A DNA stretch of 64,000 nucleotides from Eledone cirrhosa. Lineage: Eukaryota. The position numbers and the translations under genes are program-made. The notes below the pieces were generated by a model. The model made no database searches. It saw nothing but the letters and a program-made list of their open reading frames with translations, and was not told where the DNA came from. This document shows positions 55,723 to 64,000 of this stretch, piece by piece (position 1 is the stretch's first letter; every line of letters starts with the position of its first letter). The stretch covers positions 170,748,001 through 170,812,000 of the forward strand of contig OZ024741.1 in NCBI GenBank assembly GCA_964016885.1, written 5' to 3'.

Positions 55723-58700
55723 CTAGCAGAAAACCACCCGGTGGGCGGTTTTCTGCTAGCAAATCTAGTGTATATACTGATATTGTTGAGATTTGGATGA
55801 GAAATATTTTCGACCCCACATGTTCACCGTCTCTCGGTGTGTCTTTTATGCATGTATAAATATATATGTTATCTATACGGTGAAATCTTTGAAATAAATA
55901 TATGTTAAAACGAAAAAGGACAAAATAAATAACTGGCGGTTAGAAAAAAATATTCCTATCAATTTTTAATCATACCATTAGGTGTGAATAAGGAAATATT
56001 TTTTTATTGTCAAAACAAATGTTCAAAAGTTAAACTTCAATTTTTTGAATTATTTCCAATTTCTTCATGAAATTGAACACTGGACATTGGCTGTGGAAAT
56101 GGAAATTAAATCGTATTTAATTGTATTTAAATTTCTAACCTTATTTTATTATTTATATTTTTTCAATAAGAAATAAAAAAAAACAACAAAAAAAATTGAA
56201 GAAAAATATTGAACAAATCAAACGTAGGTTATGGAACTGCGTAATCTGATTAATAAATTACCTCATCAGCAGCACCCTTCTTCAAATGGTCCTTATTATC
56301 AGCAGCAAGAACCACAATTTCAATGGCAACCTTCTTCAAACCACAAAAATTCAATGGCAACCTTCTTCAAATGGTCCTTATTATCAGCAGCAACAACCAC
56401 CAATTCAATGGCAACTTCTTCAAACCACAAATTCAATGGCAACCTTTTTCGCATGGTGTCAAGTCAGAAACACCACGAACTGGTTACTTCTGGCTTGTGC
56501 AAGGTGTTTCTATAGCAACCAGCGATTCCCTCGGCCTCAGTGACCAAAGTCAGTGGAGAGGGGAAGGTAATATTTCTGTAGCACGTGTTTTAGCGTCTAT
56601 TCACTCTCTCTCTCTCCCTTTCTCCCTCCCGCTATCCCCCTCTCGTAGTCTGTCTCTTTCTTTCACTCTCACTCTCTCTCTCTACGAACGTGTTTCCACT
56701 GTCGGACAGACAGACAGAGAAATTGCTGGTTATATATATAAGTAGACTAGCAGAAAACCACCCGGCGGGCGGTTTTCTGCTAGCAAATCTAGTGTATATA
56801 CTGATATTGTTGAGATTTGGATGAGAAATGATTTCGGCACCACATGTTCACCGTCTCTCGGTGTGTCTTTTATGCATGTATAAATATATATGTTATCTAT
56901 ACGGTGAAATCTTTGAAATAAATATATGTTAAAACGAAAAAGAAGAAAATAAATAACTGGCGGTTAGAAAAAATTATTCCTATCAAATTTTAATCATACC
57001 ATTAGGTGTGAATAAGGAAATATTTTTTTTATTGTCAAAACAAATGTTAAAAAGTTAAACTTCAATTTTTTGAATTATTTCCAATTTTTTCATGAAATTG
57101 AACACTGGACATTGGCTGTGGAAATGGAAATTAAATCGTATTTAATTGTATTTAAATTTCTAACCTTATTTTATTATTTATATTTTTTCAATAAGAAATA
57201 AAAAAAACAAGAAAAAAAATTGAAGAAAAATATTGAACAAATCAAACGTAGGTTATGGAACTGCGTAATCTGATTAATAAATTACCTCATCAGCAGCAAC
57301 CTTCTTCAAATGGTCCTTATTATCAGCAGCAACAACCACACATTCAATGGCAACTTCTTCAAACCACAAATTCAATGGCAACCTTTTTCGCATGGTGTCA
57401 AGTCAGAACCACCACGAACTGGTTACTGCTGGCTTGTGCAAGGTGTTTCTATAGCAACCAGCGATTCCCTCGGCCTCAGTGACCAAAGTCAGTGGAGAGG
57501 GGAAGGTAATATTTCTGTAGCACGTGTTTTAGCGCCTATTCACTCTCTCTCTCTCCCTTTCTCCCTCCCGCTATCCCCCTCTCGTAGTCTGTCTCTTTCT
57601 TTCACTCTCACTCTCTCTCTCTACGAACGTGTTTCCACTGTCGGACAGACAGACAGAGAAATTGCTGGTTATATATATAAGTAGACTAGCAGAAAACCAC
57701 CCGGCGGGCGGTTTTCTGCTAGCAAATCTAGTGTATATACTGATATTGTTGAGATTTGGATGAGAAATGATTTCGGCACCACATGTTCACCGTCTCTCGG
57801 TGTGTCTTTTATGCATGTATAAATATATATGTTATCTATACGGTGAAATCTTTGAAATAAATATATGTTAAAACGAAAAAGAAGAAAATAAATAACTGGC
57901 GGTTAGAGAAAAATATTCCTATGAAATTTTAATCATACCATTAGGTGTGAATAAGAAATATTTGTTTATTGTCAAAACAAATGTTCAAAAGTTTAACTTC
58001 AATTTTTTTAATTATTTCCAATTTTTTCATGAAATTGAACACTGGACATTGGCTGCTGGAAATGGAAATTAAATCGTATTTAATTATATTTAAATTTCTA
58101 ACCTTATTTTATTATTTATATTTTTTCAATAAGAAATTAAAAAAAAACAACAAAAAATTGAAGAAAAAAATTGAACAAGGCAAACGTAGGTTATGGAACT
58201 GCGCAATCTGATTAATAAATTACCTCATCAGCAGCAACCTTCTTCAAATGGTCCTTATTATCAGCAGCAAGAACCACAAATTCAATGGCAACCTTCTTCA
58301 AACCACAAAAATTCAATGGCAACCTCCTTCAAATGGTCCTTATTATCAGCAGCAACAACCACAAATTCAATGGCAACTTCTTCAAACCACAAATTCAATG
58401 GCAACCTTTTTCGCATGGTGTCAAGTCAGAACCACCACGAAGTGGTTACTTCTGGCTTGTGCAAGGTGTTTCTATAGCAACCAGCGATTCCCTCGGCCTC
58501 AGTGACCAAAGTCAGTGGAGAGGGGAAGGTAATATTTCTGTAGCACGTGTTTTAGCGTCTATTCACTCTCTCTCTCTCCCTTTCTCCCTCCCGCTATCCC
58601 CCTCTCGTAGTCTGTCTCTTTCTTTCACTCTCACTCTCTCTCTCTACGAACGTGTTTCCACTGTCGGACAGACAGACAGAGAAATTGCTGGTTATATATA

Positions 58701-59669
58701 TAAGTAGACTAGCAGAAAACCACCCGGCGGGCGGTTTTCTGCTAGCAAATCTAGTGTATATACTGATATTGTTGAGATTTGGATGAGAAATGATTTCGGC
58801 ACCACATGTTCACCGTCTCTCGGTGTGTCTTTTATGCATGTATAAATATATATGTTATCTATACGGTGAAATCTTTGAAATAAATATATGTTAAAACGAA
58901 AAAGAAGAAAATAAATAACTGGCGGTTAGAGAAAAATATTCCTATGAAATTTTAATCATACCATTAGGTGTGAATAAGAAATATTTGTTTATTGTCAAAA
59001 CAAATGTTCAAAAGTTTAACTTCAATTTTTTGAATTATTTCCAATTTTTTCATGAAATTGAACACTGGACATTGGCTGCTGGAAATGGAAATTAAATCGT
59101 ATTTAATTATATTTAAATTTCTAACCTAATTTTATTATTTATATTTTTTCAATAAGAAATTAAAAAAAACAACAAAAAATTGAAGAAAAAAATTGAACAA
59201 GTCAAACGTAGGTTATGGAACTGCGCAATCTGATTAATAAATTACCTCATCAGCAGCAACCTTCTTCAAATGGTCCTTATTATCAGCAGCAACAACCACA
59301 AATTCAATGGCAACCTTCTTCAAACCACAAATTCAATGACAACCTTCTTCGCATGGTGTCAAGTCAGAACCGCCTTGAACTGGTTACTTCTGGCTTTTGC
59401 AAGGTGTCTCTATAGCAACCAGCGATTCCCTCGGCCTCAGTGACCAAAGTCAGTGGAGAGGGGGAGGTAATGTTTCTATAAAGGAAGGGGAAGGTAATAT
59501 TTCTGTAGCACGTGTTTTAGCGTCTATTCACTCTCTCTCTCCCTTTCTCCCTCCCGCTATCCCCCTCTCGTAGTCTGTCTCTTTCTTTCACTCTCACTCT
59601 CTCTCTACGCACGTGTTTCCACTGTCGGACAGACAGCCAGAGGAATTGATGGTTATATATATAAGTAGT
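55723..59669 (-). mobile_element. Head-to-tail array of four ~1-kb non-autonomous Helitron B units
   Basis: Units 55723-56746, 56747-57685, 57686-58708, 58709-59669. On the minus strand each starts TCTACTTATATA (first base mutated in the last unit) and ends CTAG; internal minisatellite varies in copy number. Confidence 0.85.
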
Positions 59670-60193
59670 TAAGTTGAGCCAACTTATACAGCTTCATATG
59701 CAAATGAGATTAATCACCTCATTTACACAGACGAGAAAATCATATATCCTCGACTCTTTTCAAAGTCCAGCAGTTGCAAGAGTGGGAGGGATCGTGCTGA
59801 GGAAAAAGATTTCAGTTCGAAACGTGCATCCACGATTGTCCCCCTTGCTTCTGCTGGACACCGCCAAAAGGTATTAGACGCTGGTGTTTTAACATAGCTA
59901 CGGCAATCCCAATGTTTATTTTAAGCATACCGTATATCTTCTGAAATACGAAATTCCAATACAAATCTCTATACAACTATGCCTGAAGTTAACTTGTAAT
60001 TCTCTCTCTCTATATATATATATAATGTCGCAATATTCTCATAACTAATCTTTTATTTGCGTCAAATCCACTTTCCCTCTTTCTACTTCTTCTTTACTCT
60101 CTCTCTCCCTCATTATCGTTCCCTCGTTTTTGTCTTTCTTCTCCTCGTCAGTCCATTCCACTGTCATTTATCTCTTACCTCAGTAGATTGTAG
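59670..60193 (+). repeat. Paralog of 50581-51103, including the retrozyme-like unit and an HHR at 59791-59836
   Basis: Colinear match; atcgtg-CTGAGGA-..ttc-GAAA-cgtgca-TC-cacgat. Confidence 0.8.
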
Positions 60194-60384
60194 ATTGTAG
60201 CCATTTATATTTATATAGATATAACTTTATTATAGACTTCGACTTCTTATTTAACTTAATTAATTACCAATACGAGAGCTACTTATACGCAAATTGGTAC
60301 ATTCGTTTCACAATAATACTAAAAGCAAATGTGTACATATACCCATTAATGACATGTCTCGTTGTGGTCGATTCAATTGTATAC

Positions 60385-60433
60385 ATGCCTTCTGATGAGG
60401 GTTCAATTAGATCTGAAAATTGACCAAAGGTGT
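60385..60433 (+). ncRNA. Degenerate type I HHR
   Basis: atgcctt-CTGATGA-gggtt..gatct-GAAA-attgac-CA-aaggtgt; 7-bp stem I, but the essential U16.1 is missing. Confidence 0.5.
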
Positions 60434-61409
60434 TCATTTTTCTTTTCAATTTACAGGAAACTTAGTATTCTCTAGCATGTTTACGTGGCTACATATTAGA
60501 TATGTGTATATAATTATACTCTTGTGGTTGCAAATACTATAATTATACAGATATAGTTTTATCATACACTTAAGTCTGGTAGCGCACTTAATATATAACT
60601 TAATTATGAACGCAAGCGCTAAAAATCGAATGGGTATATATAGCCATCAAATGCATGTTTCCTTGTGGTTGATCGGATGGGATACACGTCTTCGGGTGAG
60701 GATCGTATCAGCTGCTTTCAATTTCAATTAATTGCTAACAGGAGCGTGTGGGGTGCGTGAGTGTGTCAGTGAATCTTTGCTATTCACTACTTTTGTATTC
60801 CAGATGTTTTCTTATATTGTATACTCCTCCACACATACCCCAAAACGTCTAACGTGTGTTGTCACCTCTCGTTCAATTTCGATCTGTGCCCGCCTATGCT
60901 TCATGTGTTTAACAGCCTCAGTAAACTCTATTACACAGGAGAAATGGGATTAACCTAATAAGCTCGATATTCACTCTCTCTCTCTATTTTCACCTCCCCC
61001 TCCCTCTTCTTCACACACACACATAGACACATACACACACACAAACACCTACACACGCTATAACACACACACACGCACATATATATATGTGTTTGTGTGT
61101 GTGTGTGTAGAAGGGGAATGTCGAGTAGTTCAAGTCTTATAAATAATGATCTTTGGAGTTTTATTTCAATTAATTAATGAAGTATGCACTAAAGCGCATT
61201 AATACACTACATAGAGCTCTATGTTGTTTTTTTTTAAACACATCAACGCTAAAGTAACTCAGTACGTGAGTCGTTAAAGTTGGTCGCTACTGAAGGTTTA
61301 AAATATGTCATAATTTCCAATGACAGGAAGCTATTCATGTTGAGTTTCAGATACTTATTTATGCTTGCATATAATACGCTCTTCATTCATTCACACACAT
61401 GTATATATA

Positions 61410-61474
<65 letters not shown>

Positions 61475-61834
61475 GGATTAACAAATAATAGTTAAATGCA
61501 GTCCACTTAGGTGAAGTCCAGTTATGGTATTCCAGGTAGTGGATGATATTAACGCTTGGCTTGGTTTGACTCAACAGCCACAGTAAAATTGTTCTAATTG
61601 AATGCCATTACTACTTAAGATAGTAGCCTGTAATATCTTTTCTTTTCTTGCCTGTGTATTTTCTTCATTCTCGCATGCTCCGAAGATCTGACTGGTTATA
61701 ATTCTGTATTGGCGATCGAGTAACGCAAAATTAAGCGGATAGCGATCTCTAGACATACCAGTTCAGTGAAACAAATGTAAGCTATGTGATTAAAAACTTT
61801 TTTGTATAGCAAACCATGTAAACCTTCTTTCCTG

Positions 61835-61889
<55 letters not shown>

Positions 61890-61894
<5 letters not shown>

Positions 61895-62087
61895 GGAACC
61901 AGTAAGACCCCGACGGCTGAGCTCAAGCCGTTTCGACGGCTAATTCTGAGTACAGAATTAGCCGTCGAAACGGCTTGAGCTCAGCCGTCGGGGTCTTACT
62001 GGTTCCTATTACCCACTCTACTACCCCAAGTATTGAGTAATTTGGTGCGTTATGGTCCACCTGGTTCCTTACCACATTTCCTTCGTT
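61890..62087 (+). mobile_element. Miniature perfect fold-back element (59-bp arms) with right tail in (TA)n
   Basis: 61890-61948 / 61953-62011, loop agta; contains GAAAC-ggct..agcc-GTC; ~75-bp tail. Confidence 0.8.
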
Positions 62088-62279
62088 ATATATATATATA
62101 TATATATATAAATCATGTCCTTAGAATCCCTAGATAAAATATATACCATTTCTTCTCCCAATTAGCATAATTAACCATAGTGCATACTTCATTAATTAAT
62201 TGAAATAAATCTCCAAAGATCACTATTTATAAGACTTGAACTACTCGACATTCCCCTTCTACACACACACACACACACG

Positions 62280-62320
<41 letters not shown>

Positions 62321-62565
62321 TATGCGTGTGTGGGTGTTTGTGTGTATGTGTGTATGTGTGTATGTGTGTGAAGAAGAGGGAGAGGGGGTGGTGAAAATAG
62401 AGAGAGAGTGAACATCGAGCTTATTAGGTTAATCCCATTTTTCCTGTGTAATAGAGTTTACTGTGACTGTTAAATAGAGTTTACTGTGGCTGTTAATTAT
62501 GCTAATTGGGAGAAGAAATAGTATATATTTTATCTAGTGATTCTAAGGACATGATTTATGATATA

Positions 62566-63535
62566 CTAGCAGTAAAGCCCGGCGTTGCTCGGGGTCGCTC
62601 AGAAGCCGTGTTAAAGTTACAATGTTAAGTTTCTTTTTTGGCTTAAAAACTGTAGTGTCTACTGTGCAGACTTGCATGTGGTGTTTTTGATTAATATTCC
62701 CTCAACCAACCATATGCCTTATGAAGTTAAGAAAACATAACGATAACCCGAATGTTATAACAAAAGAGGATGCTGGGGATAAAAACTGCACTGGTTATTT
62801 ATTAACAAAGATCGTAAATGTAAACACTGCAACGCAGAGAAAATCATTAGCGTAACCAAATTATCAGTTATGTCTGTCTGCACGCCTATATCACCTCTCT
62901 GCACGACTATCTGTTTGCACGCGTATATCACCTCTCTGCACGACTGTCTGTCTGCACGCGTATATCACCTCCTTGCACGACTGTCTGTCTGCACGACTGT
63001 CTGTCTGCACGCCTAACGAAATTTACAGATACATATATTTTAAATAAACTTATATAATTTTTGCTTTTTTTTACGAAATATTTGCTTGTTTTACGTAGTC
63101 TTTAAATAGACTTGTTTTCAAGTAAAAATATTGTTTTAAAAGGCTTTTAAATGGAAATGAAGCAAAACGGAAGCTTAGTGTTCGAACTGATGAATATTGC
63201 AGGTCAAAATTTTGCTGGCTCGACAACTGTTCGTGTATTGTGTTAATGTCATTTTAAACGCTGAGAAAGCCAGCGTAATTTTTTTAATTTTTGCACGCAG
63301 ACGCTCAATGTAAACAGAACGAAGGGAAATAACTCGTCACTTACGCTCAAAAATCGATACATTAGATTCGATTTCGTCACATAGGGTGGGTCAATTTGAA
63401 ATATTTTTTTCCGATGTCTTCGCTAGGGCTCAATGTACAAGTATAGCAATTTCGGTGCAATTCCGCCAGAGATTCTAAGAGATGTGTGCCAAAAATCGAT
63501 AGACAGACAGACAACCACAGCTTTATATATATAGA
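62566..63535 (-). mobile_element. Non-autonomous Helitron C
   Basis: Minus strand 5' TCTATATATATAAAG; 3' hairpin cccgagcaacgccggg then CTAG; A|T insertion; internal ~37-bp minisatellite 62870-63012. Confidence 0.82.
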
Positions 63536-63628
63536 TTGCTGTGATTATTTAATTTATTAATTCTTCATTGAGCCACAACGTGACCGGTTGCCAAACATAT
63601 ATATCTATGACTTTATGTATATGCAAAC

Positions 63629-63707
<79 letters not shown>

Positions 63708-64000
63708 TATTTAATACAATAACACAGATAGCTTTAAGCTAAACTCCGACTGGTAACCATCTCACTCAACAAACATTAGGTTATACGTTAGTATAAACCC
63801 AATTTAAGTGTTTGGGGTGCTAACTATATGTATTTTGTGGAAAGCCAGTTGTATTATTTTATATGAGATATAATAAAATATATCTCTCTTTCCAAACAAT
63901 TGTTTCATTATAAGTTATCTACAATTTGGGAGAATGTTTCCAGTTTATGTAGAAGCCTAACATATTTTCATGTAAGAATATATTTAGGTGGGCACTTATA

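Noticed and set aside
56231-59415. Repeated Gln-rich ORFs as a tandem gene family, or the array as CRISPR-like
   Set aside because: They arise from the internal minisatellite of Helitron units; there are no unique spacers or cas genes, and the context is eukaryotic.

Overview
AT-rich, repeat-saturated eukaryotic (metazoan) DNA with no recognisable host gene. The tRNA-head SINE and microsatellite spectrum suggest a mollusc, probably an octopus or other cephalopod (inference). The window is a mosaic of mobile DNA sitting in microsatellites. (1) Penelope-like elements (PLEs: RT + GIY-YIG) and many non-coding miniatures lie mostly in (TA)n. Most form fold-back inverted repeats with a one-sided tail and carry minimal type I hammerhead ribozyme (HHR) motifs. 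(2) A ~20 kb pile of (TAA)n-embedded non-LTR retrotransposons includes an intact 1130-aa R4/Dong-like ORF, its fragments, a second R4 family and Tx1/L1-like elements. (3) Non-autonomous Helitrons include a 4-unit head-to-tail array whose empty site is visible in a paralogous block. (4) SINEs and mariner, hAT-like, Vingi-like and CR1-like relics are also present. Most interesting are a ~330-nt self-complementary HHR-bearing repeat resembling a non-LTR retrozyme (3 copies), and a recurring HHR fold-back architecture with ~45-60 nt between the predicted cleavage site and the arm end. All structures were read by eye; no folding or database search was run.
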